Positions 24,999 to 35,189 of a stretch of 64,000 nucleotides of DNA are shown here, one piece after another. The notes under the pieces are model-generated. The model worked only from the letters and a program-made list of their open reading frames with translations, was not told the origin of the DNA and did not search any database. Every line of letters begins with the position of its first letter. Position 1 is the first letter of the stretch. The position numbers and the translations under genes are program-made. The stretch is taken from assembly GCA_001244265.2 (NCBI GenBank), contig CDLV01000010.1, positions 682,001 through 746,000 of the forward strand. Direction: 5' to 3'. Source of the DNA: Microbotryum violaceum. Its lineage: Eukaryota.

Positions 24999-27352
24999 AT
25001 GGCGGCCACGACACAGAGCCAGTCGGCCATATTAGGCTTGATGGTCGTGATCGTCATTCGCGCCAAGAACCTGCCCAACCGCGTCAAGATTGGCAAGCAG
25101 AATCCGTATTGCACCTTGACGTACGGCATGCACAAGAAACGTACAGAAACAGTCGAACGAGGCGGTCAGCAGCCGACGTGGGATGCCGAGTTTCGGTTCG
25201 AGATCCTCAGGGATTCAGCCGAGCAGACCGGTGCGATCAGTGGGGCGACCGTCAACAAGCTCGGAGGGGTGGCCAGCGCCGCAGGTACGGTCTCGGACGA
25301 TGGAAAAGTGTTGTCAGGCTTCACCAACACTGCACCTACAGCTGGGACGAGCACGCTCAATGCCGACACGCGGGGCAGGAAGATACTCAAACTCGCCTGC
25401 TGGGCCGACGATCCCAAGGACCCCAAGCTGGTGGGCGAGGGTTTCTTGGAGTTGGACTCGACGATCAAAAAGGGGGCATTTGATGGTAAGTGGCTGCCCT
25501 TCGCTGTCTCTCTCACCATCCTTCATCAGTTCAAGCGACCAATCCTGAGTCTTCGTTCTTCTTCCGGCTGCCCTCCCCCCCCCCCCCCCAAAGACTGGGT
25601 CAAGCTCGAGCGGAAAGGACGGTACGCCGGAGAAGTCTATCTCGAACTCACGTGGTACCCCAAAGTCCGTAGTTTAAAGATATCCCTTCGAGGAAGGCGT
25701 GTGCTGAATCTCCGATCGGTCTGCATGATCTTAGGACCCGCCTCCTCAGAAGCCACGTCGACATGCACCCATCTCAACGCTCGCGACAGGGGGCGCCTAC
25801 GGGGTCCGGGAGCCCGAACGGGCGATGTTTCGGACGACGAAGGGTCTCTGCCAAGCCCCCGAAAAAACTCGCGCGACTCGGGTCGCGTCGTTTCGGTTAG
25901 TGCCGAGTATCGCTATGCGTATGGCCTCGGATTGAGTCCTCACGCTTATCGCCAGCTGATCTCTGACCGTTCACCTGCAGCAGGCGAGCGAGGCTTCTCC
26001 GCTCGGCGAATACCCGGATGCCGATCTTGCTCCGCTTTCCCACTCGTTTTCACATCTCAACGTTAGCCAGAGTCGACCCCCGCTGCCCGCAACCCCTGAG
26101 GGGCCTCCGCTCGCCCATCGTATCTACGGTGAAGACCACCCGCAAGCATACGATCGCCCTGATGCACCGGCGAACTACCGCCAGCCGCCACCCACAACCG
26201 CGCAAACGACAAACCATAGTACTTTTGCTGCACCTTCTCATGTGCTTCCTTATGTGCCACAACCACAATCGCAGCCCGCACCTCTAGTCGGCTACCGGGC
26301 CTCCTACGACCATTTTGGCGGGCCGGCAATGATGCTTCAATCACAGTACCCGCACCCCATCCCGCCGAGGCAAGATCAGGGCTACGCGTACTACCAAGAA
26401 GGGGCGACAGCTACGCCAAGCCCGGTTCAATTCGAGCAAGCTCCTCTTCATCCCTATGAGAGGCCTCATCGTAAGTTTGCTGCGCTATGGTTTTGTTTGA
26501 CTTTATCGCGTTTGTCTCCCTGACCGGGTGCGCAAATTCCCAGACCAATACCAGCCTCATTTCGAAGCTCATCTTGATAACGCAGGTCACGACCCAGATC
26601 CCTATCCAAGCTTTGTTCCGGCACTGCCACCTCGCCACAGTAGTTATTCTGGCTACCCGTACCCTGCTACAGTGCTGTCCGCGCCTCCGCTAATGCCCGC
26701 TCAACAGGGGTGGGGCGCGCCTCCTGCCCAATCGCCGTCCCCGGGCCCCGTAGCACCGCCGCGACCCCATTCGACGTCCAGCGTATTCCCGGCATATAAA
26801 ACGCACGTCTATGCCCAACCTCCGCAGCCCACATCGCAGGCCTTTGCGGGCTACGAGCAGCCGATGCAGCACGCGCAGCACCATTACCCACAGCCGACGG
26901 ACGACTACGGGCGATATGTTGGCTCGGGTGCTCCGCCCCCGCCGCACTCGATCGCAAATCGTCCACCACCACTTGCGCACTCGTACAATGATGCCCTTGG
27001 TCAGACCGTGTCGGCGCCCTATGATCACGCCTATCCACACCCGCCGGCGCCGGCGCCTCCGCCTCCGCCTCCCTCGTTCCCTCCGCCACCGCCTGTACCG
27101 TCCGCTGTTCCGTACCATGCCCACGCTCCGGCCCATCCCTACGGTCATATCCCTCCCCCTCCTTCTGTACAGCACGCCTTTTCGATGGGAACGGTCGTAC
27201 ATAACCAGGATTACTACCCCGAGGCCTCCGGCTATGCTCTAGGCCGTGCGGCCGGACCGGGACAAACGGGACAAAAATACGGGCCCTCACCTGCGGAACA
27301 TGCTATCGAGCCATTTTTACCGCACAACCCTTATGCTGTTCAACGGTCATAG
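24999..27352 (+). CDS. C2-domain protein with proline-rich C-terminus (Inn1/Fic1-like ingression protein)
   Basis: VIRAKNLPNRVKIGKQNPYCTL...GGQQPTWDAEFRF...GEVYLELTWY, followed by Pro/Tyr/Gln-rich exons with PxxP tracts. Confidence 0.8.
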
Positions 27353-28381
27353 CCAGGCCCGCTTGTTTGGTTTCAGTGTGCGCTCGCGTGCGGTATGTTT
27401 CAGGGTCTTTCGTCTTGTTAAATAAACACTGCAGTTGATGCGCTTTGGAATATTGGGTACCGGGTGCGTGCGGAAACTTCAATCATTACTAGGCGAGCAA
27501 CGGAGAGTAGTGAGGAACACAAGTCACAGTGGTATCAAACCCTCAAGATTAAGGATGTAGAGAGCCTGTTGCTTCTACTCCTGTTCCAGCAACGTAAGGT
27601 GGGCTTGCCGGTACAGCGTCAGCCCACCCTTCGAAATGCTCAGGCACCTCCGGAACTGAGATGGTCGCTGCCTCAGCGTGCCTGCGCTGGCATCCGCAAT
27701 CTTGCCGGACGTAGTGCGAACTCGATGGGATTAAAGGTAGAGAAGACTTCTTTTTTGCGGTCACGGCCCAGACATGTCAAAAATGCTCCCGTTGGGTTTT
27801 CGACGGCTGGCAGGCGTCAAAAATCCTGCCACGGTTGAACCCCAGTCAGGTGCATGCCTCCCTGAAAGCGGCGGGCCTGCGAGTAGTCGCCGTCATCGAA
27901 GTTGCCGAGGCGTTGAACATTGGCGCTGGGCTCATGGTATTGCTCGCTGCTACTACTAAAAAGGCTCTGCTAGGTAGTGCCCACTCGTTAATGCCCTCTT
28001 TCCAAGGGCGTTTTCGCCCACTGTTTCCTCGTCCTCTCTAATCTTTCTGGGGTTTCGAGCGATTCCGCATCCCTCTGTCGAGTGACCTCCGCGAGTAATC
28101 GATTGGCTACTCTCCACACTTGCGCCGTCACGTGCTCTCGTTGGCTCTCTAGCTGTGACAGCCATCGCATCGAGTTGCCCCCGCTCCCGCATCGGACGGG
28201 CCAGCGCCGCGGACCCCATTTTTATCTAATAGATTTCATTAACAGCATATCTATATTAATGCCTAAAAATCCTCGGAAAAGACGGAGGGAATGCAGTTAA
28301 GCACACTGGCGAGGCCAGTAGTGTGGGACTCGTTGACCTTGGAACAAAATCAACCATACCCACTAAAACCCCCTTAGGCGG

Positions 28382-31300
28382 TTACAGCGAAACCAGTCGT
28401 CCCTTGGACTCCTGGATGGACGCGCGGAGCTCCTCAAATGCCGTTTCGGCGATCGGCTCCAGAGGATCCGACGAAAATCGACGGCGACGAGAGAGCTTCC
28501 AGATCGCGTGGAAGAAGAGTAGACGCAGCTCGACGGGTCGGCGTTCCGAGCGAGAAACGACCGGGCACACGAACTGAACAAAGTCGGGGTGTGGGATAGG
28601 AGTGAGCGCAGACCAGAGGCGGCGGGCAAACGGGCAACCGACCGCAAGGTGTGCCAGGGTCTCCGGAGCCTCCGACAGGCACATGACACATGCGGTAGAT
28701 CGATTGTGGAGAGAACGGCTATTTGGAGAAGCGATTTGGCTACCTGGATGAAGTGAACCTAGGGAGAGGAGGTGGGCCGTGTCTTCGGCGTCCGAATGAA
28801 CCCTGCGAATCTTGCGTAGCGCCTTCCACCAGGCATTCCAGCGTTGCTCGGGGAGACAGAAAACCCTCTGATGACCGAGAGGGAGGATAGGAGGGTAGAG
28901 GAAGGCTTGGTGGCGTTTGGACGCGTTCACAAACGAAGACGGAGTCATCACCTCGCCATCGGGTCCTCGGAAAAGCGTCGGGTTCACCGAGAGTCGGATT
29001 CCGTGGCCTGCTGGGAAGTAGAGGACGTGTGTTGCCCACCGCTCCAGATTCGGGCTCTTGGAAAGTTCGGGGGGTTCAGCGTTGTCACCAAATCCCAGGC
29101 TTCGAAAAAGCGGATCCATCGTGGAGGGAGCAGGGCCTTCGTCTTCCTCACTGCGCGTTCCCACTGTGGAGGAGGGTGGCAAAAGTAGGCCCACCAGATC
29201 CAGACCCACGAGCGACGATGTGGGTTGGGGCCTGATTTGGGCAAGGTAAAGGGGGTGCGTTCGTTCGCCGCCTGAAGGCGAGTGCGGATGTCGAAGAGGT
29301 GCCGAATGAAGCAGCCGTCCGGGTCCCGAAGATGAAAGACCCACTTGGCGTGATCGACCGCGAGGCGCCGAGGTAAGTCAATCAAGCCAAAGCCGCCGTG
29401 GTCGAGAGGGGTGCAGAGGCGCAGCCGAGAGACCTTCGGGGTTTCTGAGATCCGTCCGAGGCTCGACCGTGGATAGCGATCATGACCGCGTCCTCGATCT
29501 CCTTGACGACGCTCTTGGAAGCTGGGATGAAACGATTATGGTAGAGAATCTTCGTGTAGCAGTAGATATTGATTATCGAACATTTCGCTGCGTACGGAAG
29601 GTCGTACATTGGGATGGATCGTATCCGGGCGACGGTCGCGGACTTGACCTCCTCCCAGCCCGCATCCTCGGCGATGTCCACCCCAACCTGCACTCCCAGG
29701 TAACGAAACTGCGAGTCGCTGAGACGCCAGGACCCGAGGTGTGAAGGGATCGGACGGTCCCTGAATGACCCGAGGGGGTAGAGGAAAGATTTGGCGTTGC
29801 TGAGCTTGCTGGCACTTGCCCGCTCGTACAGCTCGATCGCCCGATTGAGGTGGTCGAGGTCCGAGGTGTCGTGGAGAGCACAGCAGGCATCGTCGGCAAA
29901 GAGAAGTTCTCGTATGGTTGGGAGTCCCGGGCTCGCGATGCCCTTGACTTGTGACCGCAACTGTACGGCGAAGCCCTCAATTGCGAGAACGAAGAGCGAC
30001 GGAGCCAGCGGGTCGCCTTGTCGAACTCCCGAGAGGATATCGAACGCGGCCGAGAGCCATCCGTTGAGGTAGATTGAGGCGGATTGGTTTGTATAGGTCG
30101 CTCGGTACCATTGGCAGGCTTTCGGGCCAAGGCCAACGGCGCTGAGGACTGCATCGATGTAGGTGTGGGAAAGACGGTCGTAAGCCTTCTCGAAGTCCAT
30201 CACTGCGAGCAGACCGGACACCGGCTCTGAACCCGGGAGCCCAGGATCCATGAGACACTGCACCTCGGCGATGTTCGTGCCAATCCAGCGGTTCGGAATG
30301 AAACCGCGCTGGGTCGAGCCGATCAGGGTCTCGAGCAGAGGGGCAAGGCGCTGGTTGTGGGCTTGGGAGATGATGCGTTCATCAGCGTTGATGAGTGATA
30401 TGGGGCGTTTGTTCACCAGCCGATCCCTCTCGCCGCGCTTGTGGATGAGGTGGATGTGGGCAGTGTGGCGGGCCGACGTTCGAGAACTGGCGTCGTCGGT
30501 GGGGATCGAGTTGATGACGTCGCGGAGGATGGGGCCTGTGGCTGTCCACGTTGCGCGGTAAAACTCGACCGGGAGACCGTCGGGTCCAGGCGAGGAGTTC
30601 GACTTACACGCCTCTTGTGCCTTTGTTATCTCCTCTAGGGGGTACACTCCTTCGAGCTTGTCCGAATCGGCAGGGGATAGGCGAGTCGAGGCGAGACCGT
30701 CGATAATCTTCTCCAAGGCGTCGTCATCGATAGCGCGATCCTCGTAGACCCCTTCGAAGTACTTGCTAGTGGCTCCAAGCATCGAGTCGGGGTCGGAGTG
30801 GACGACATTGTCGACCGAGAGGGAAGGGATGAGGTCGGATGCGCGCACTTTGCGTAGGCGGATGAAGATGGAAGATGGGCCCGCGAGGGAAGGATCAATG
30901 CGGGACCGCAGCGCCGCGCCGTAGCGCGAGTGATCTGCCTTCGCCTCCTCCGATCCTCCACGTCGGAAGCGGGCAAGTGTGCGAGCCAGAGCCTGAAGCT
31001 CGGGCAGCAAGTGTTGTTTGGTGGACGTCCAAGCTGCTGATGGGTCGTCGGGCGTCTGGAGGAGGGCTTCATTGTAGAGGGCCTGGACAGTGGAAGTGAG
31101 GTATTCGCAGGTCGCGTCGCCCTCGATCACGTGCAAACCCAACTTGAATTTACCCGGACCGATGTCGATTGCGCCCGGCACTTGGAACCGCGCCGCCACC
31201 ATCGAGTGCGTCGATTTGAGGACAGGAGCCCAGATTTTGTGGTCGTGGAAGAGGTCGACCCAATCAGGCGAGACATAGATGCGGTCAAGGCGACGGCACG

Positions 31301-31951
31301 TGCCGGGCGCTGAGCGATTCGTCGTGGCTCGTCCTTTGGGATGGTGAAGCCGATAGACATCAAAGAGGTTGTTGGCCGTGGCAAGGTCGCGCATCTCCTG
31401 GCCCCCATAATTCGTCCCGTTTTGGTTCTCCGAATCGAGGGGTTGGGACTCAACACAATTCCAGTCCCCCCCGACTAAGAGCGCAGGCGGCGAGGGCTCG
31501 TCGCGCACGACTTGTCGGAGGGCTGTGCTGAGATGTGAGAGGAAACGCTTTTTGTCTGGCTTGTCGGAGGAAGGCGCGTATATTGATACAACCCGGATTT
31601 TTGAGTCTCCCACGCGAAAGGTGGCGTCGGTGACTCGGTCGGGGAAAGCGAAAGAGGCACGAAGAGTGTTGGGAGGTGACTCGGGATCAATAGTGATGAC
31701 CACGGAGTCGCTCTTCCAGAGTATAGCGGTGTTGTTGAGAGGAGTGAAAAGAGCGGAGAGCTTTAAGTCTTGGCACTCCTGAGTCCACTGGGCAACCCTT
31801 TCCGGGGAAGGTCGGCCCGTTTCGCTCAGGAGAAAGACATCGGCGTTATGGGAGCGGAGATTGGAGAAAAGAGAGGCACGCTTACGATCTTCATTGATTG
31901 ACTGCACGTTGGCAGCAACAAAAGACACGTTTGGGATCTTAATTGTGCTCA
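28382..31951 (-). CDS. LINE ORF2 (AP endonuclease, reverse transcriptase, zf-RVT), split by two frameshifts
   Basis: APE motifs ANVQS, LSET, GGDWN, RLDRIY. RT motifs SPGPDGLP, RPISLINAD, DFEKAYD, GVRQGDPLAPSLF, LFADD, RYLGV. C-terminal CVMC...ETLAHLAVGC. Frameshifts at ~29440 and ~29070. Confidence 0.93.
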
Positions 31952-33357
31952 TCGTCTTGCTCCATAACGTCGTCCACGTCCTCGGGGGTGCTTCTTGGTC
32001 TTTGCCTTCTTCTTCGGCATCTTCGTCGGCGTCGGTGGCATCGGGTCGGGCTTTGATCGCTGAGGGCAACGGCGAGGAGGGCCGGGGGTTCGGCTCGGAG
32101 GCTTCGGGGCAGGCGGAGTGGGCGGGTCTTCACGAGTGGCTGGTGTGGAGAGGGCAGCAATTGACTGGGAACGAGTGATGATCGTCTTTGGCGTTGGTGT
32201 GGCCGGAGCAGGGCTTGGGGGCGAAGGGGTCGTCTCCGAGCTGGGGGACTCGGAGGATTTTTCAACGAGGGGAGGGGCAGTTGACTGGTTGGAGGCGGGC
32301 AGGGGGCGGAGTTGGGAGGGAAATTGAAGGAGAAACCGGGGCGAGGAGTCTCCGACAGGGGTTCAGGCTGAGCCCTGTTAGATGGATCTTGGGGCTGGGC
32401 AGCCAGGTCCTGATCTGGGTTCACTCGACGTTTTTTGGTCTTCAACGAGCGGTCGGGCGCGGGTGGCGCAGGGATCGACTTGGAGGCCGGGGGGGCTTTG
32501 GTCATGGTGGAGGCTTGCGCGGCACGTGACTCGGGAGTGCCCTGGGGGCTCGACGCGAAGCGGCGGCCCGGGCAATGCTGGCTGGCGTGCGAGGTGCTTG
32601 CGCACGACTTGCACGCCGGGGCGACGGGGCAGTCCTTACGGACATGGGCCGCGGAACGGCAGAAAACACAGTGGCGCATGCCACCGGTGATCCTGAGCGG
32701 GATACGCTCGGTCACGCCGTCGCGTTCAATGGAGATGGATGCAGGAGGCAATTTGTTTGGGTCCCCGAGGGCAAGAACAAAGTCATACACCCCAGAGATG
32801 TGCCTAGTCTTGCCAATGTAATGAGTGCGGCGAAGGAGGACCTTGCCGTACTCGGCAATCTGCTCATCAAAGAGGCGGAGGCCCTCTACATCGGAGAAGA
32901 AGCCAGAAAGGGTGCATTGAATTAGACCAGTAGTGGCTGAGAATAGTTTCTCGACTTGGCACAAGGTCTTTCCAACGGTCAGACCATTCGCGACCAGGTC
33001 GGCGATGTCGGCGTCCTTAGGGAATCGGATGCCGTGTTGTCCCTTGATGACGCAGGGCATGGCGCCTGCAAGGGCCGGGTAGTGGTGATCGAGTGCTGAG
33101 AGCACTTTCTCGGAGGTGGTCGCGGGAGGGGTTTTGATGATTACACAGTTGGCGATGTTGTGAATCATCGGGTGGGAGGCAACAGTCGTGGCGGTGGCGG
33201 GGGTGGCGTTGGTCTTCGCATGGGAACGGGCGGAGACGGCCGCGGAGTACGACTTGGTTTGGGCGGTGACGGTGACGCCGGTGGGGTCGGGAGGGCGATT
33301 AGGTGCTATAGCACCGGGGGTGGCATTGCTGGTGTCGTTGTTGTTGTGGTTGTTCAT
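31939..33357 (-). CDS. LINE ORF1 gag-like nucleic-acid-binding protein
   Basis: CVFCRSAAHVRKDC and CKSCASTSHASQHC zinc knuckles. Its stop overlaps the probable ORF2 ATG (GATGAGCACAATTAA). Confidence 0.85.
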   Translation of the reverse strand: MNNHNNNDTSNATPGAIAPNRPPDPTGVTVTAQTKSYSAAVSARSHAKTNATPATATTVASHPMIHNIANCVIIKTPPATTSEKVLSALDHHYPALAGAMPCVIKGQHGIRFPKDADIADLVANGLTVGKTLCQVEKLFSATTGLIQCTLSGFFSDVEGLRLFDEQIAEYGKVLLRRTHYIGKTRHISGVYDFVLALGDPNKLPPASISIERDGVTERIPLRITGGMRHCVFCRSAAHVRKDCPVAPACKSCASTSHASQHCPGRRFASSPQGTPESRAAQASTMTKAPPASKSIPAPPAPDRSLKTKKRRVNPDQDLAAQPQDPSNRAQPEPLSETPRPGFSFNFPPNSAPCPPPTSQLPLPSLKNPPSPPARRRPLRPQALLRPHQRQRRSSLVPSQLLPSPHQPLVKTRPLRLPRSLRAEPPALLAVALSDQSPTRCHRRRRRCRRRRQRPRSTPEDVDDVMEQDDEHN

Positions 33358-33508
33358 GCGTGTCGCCCTGGGTTTGAAGATCCAAACCCAAGGATCCGCA
33401 TTAGATCAGATCACCGTCAGATCTAAGCTCAACTAAGCCCTCCCTCTAGGAGGGGCTTACGAGTTATCGGCGCGCTTGGCCCATTTGCCCTTCGAAATTT
33501 CAGGGCCA

Positions 33509-33791
33509 TTTTGGGGTGGTTCTCTGTAATTAACGCACCGCGGGGCGGCGCCCAGTCCCTGAACCTCCAGTGATCCAATGCCGTCTATAAAGTCACACTA
33601 ACAACCATAGGCCGAGGATAGGCAGTACCTCCTACTTAGCCCCAAGCGAATAACCACCACAAGACAAGGCTAGAGACTCTAACGACAAATCAAAACTCCA
33701 CATTTCATTCAATTTCGAGTCCATTTCGACTTTTCTTCTCTATTCTGGGTACCATCATCATCCAGACATATCTATCTCTTTCGGTTTATCA
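33509..33791 (+). repeat. Putative LTR (~280 bp) abutting the LINE 5' end
   Basis: Homologous to 8993-9170, contains TATAAA, ends in TTTATCA, and lies upstream of the copia fragment. The start is degenerate and no TSD was found. Confidence 0.55.
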
Positions 33792-34139
33792 AGCACGAGC
33801 CTTCCCGATCCTGCGGCTGGACCCAGCCGCGCGTCCCGAAGAGACTTCACGATCCTTGTCAGCGGTCTCTTCTCCGAAGTCATCGACTGCGTCGCGTACG
33901 CGTGAGTCGGACTTCTTGTTGTTGTCAGTGACTGTAAAACTCCAAGAAATGAGCCGGCATAAAAGACGACGACCCTGCGGAGCGTGATCCACCTCTACCT
34001 CCTGACGATGGTCACGAGAGTACCGGCCTTATCGTGTCGGTCGCACCCCGGGCCTGCTCGAGAACATTATACGAGGGCAACACTCTACCGGTTCGCACGC
34101 GTGCTCAGCGTCGCATCGCCGCCCTCAGTATTGTGTCCA

Positions 34140-34450
34140 CAACCAGAGTTCATCGCTTTGGTTTCCACTCGTCATCCACCGCTTCTCAAGACCTTCAAGG
34201 ATGCGATGGCTTCGCCCGAGGCCGAGTCCTGGTACGCTGCGTCGGTCAAGGAACTTAACTCCATGGGCTTGCACAAGGTGTTCAAGCTTTCGAGTCCACC
34301 TACTGGGGCTCGTGCCCTGGGCTATCGTTGTGTGTTTACTCGAAAGGAAGACGCCGAGGGCAACATCATCAGCTGAGCTACAAGGCTCAGCTAGTCGTCC
34401 AAGGCTTTGCTCCATGACTGGGGATTGACTACAAAAGACGCTTACTCTTG
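34140..34450 (+). mobile_element. Ty1/copia reverse transcriptase (RVT_2) relic
   Basis: KTFKDAMASPEAESWYAASVKELNSMGLHKVF...PTGARALGYRCVFTRKEDAEGNI, then frameshifted YKAQLVVQGF. Confidence 0.85.
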
Positions 34451-34963
34451 TCTCGTCGATCACGACGATCTTGTTCGTCGTCCGCTTTTGTGCCGCTCGT
34501 GGACTAGTCCTGACTTCTCGGCGTCGCTGCCTCTCTTCTATCGGAAGTCTATCTTCCGCGCTCGCATGGTTTCTGCGATAGTTGTCAGTGACTGTAAAAC
34601 GCAAGAAACCGAAACCGGCAGTAGTGAGCCGGTATAAAAGGTGTCGTTGCGATTTGCGGGCTTGAACTCACTACCATGACCTTCGGTGCTCGACAAGTTA
34701 ATATTCAGCTCGGCGTCCATTGCCGAGCGCTTGACAGGGGAGGCGATGACCCGCTTGGACTGAGTTGGACCGTCGGCGGGGGCGTGGTCTGGCATGTCAT
34801 CTGCCGCACATCAGCCAAGGAAAGTACATCAGGCACATGCAATATGCACAAAATATGTATTTAAGAAGTACTCACATCGTTCTGGCGGTGCATGCGAATC
34901 CTGAGGGGCACGAAGTTTAGGCGCCCGTGCCACTGCATCTGCCGGAGGACCTGTCCCTATTAG

Positions 34964-35109
34964 AACCTAAAGCCGAGGCACGAGATACGTTTAGTACGAG
35001 AGCCGAGGATGATAGTAAAGACAGTTCCAGGTATTGCAAAGTAACTAACCTAAAGCCGAGGCACGAGATACGTTTAGTACGAGAGCCGAGGATGATAGTA
35101 AAGACAGTT
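34964..35109 (+). repeat. 63-bp direct duplication (period 83)
   Basis: AACCTAAAGCCGAGGCACG...GTAAAGACAGTT identical at 34964-35026 and 35047-35109. Confidence 0.9.
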
Positions 35110-35189
35110 GGAGAAAGAAGAGAAGCGCAGAGTAGGAGCGCGCGAGGCAAGCAATAGCCGCGCGAGGCGACTAATATCAACAACTAGTA

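Larger units (their letters stand above)
28220..33508 (-). mobile_element. Near full-length non-LTR retrotransposon (L1/Tx1-like LINE)
   Basis: ORF1 with two CCHC knuckles. ORF2 with APE, RT and a C-terminal Cys motif. Structured 5' UTR; short A-rich 3' end at ~28220. No TSD found. Confidence 0.95.

Noticed and set aside
33520..33670. Conserved block as an HDV-like ribozyme at the LINE 5' end
   Set aside because: No P1/P1.1/P2 pseudoknot could be built. The block is better explained as an LTR with a + strand TATA box.
35155..35188. Imperfect hairpin plus CTAG|T as a Helitron 3' end
   Set aside because: The stem has a mismatch, orientation is ambiguous, and no matching 5' end was found.
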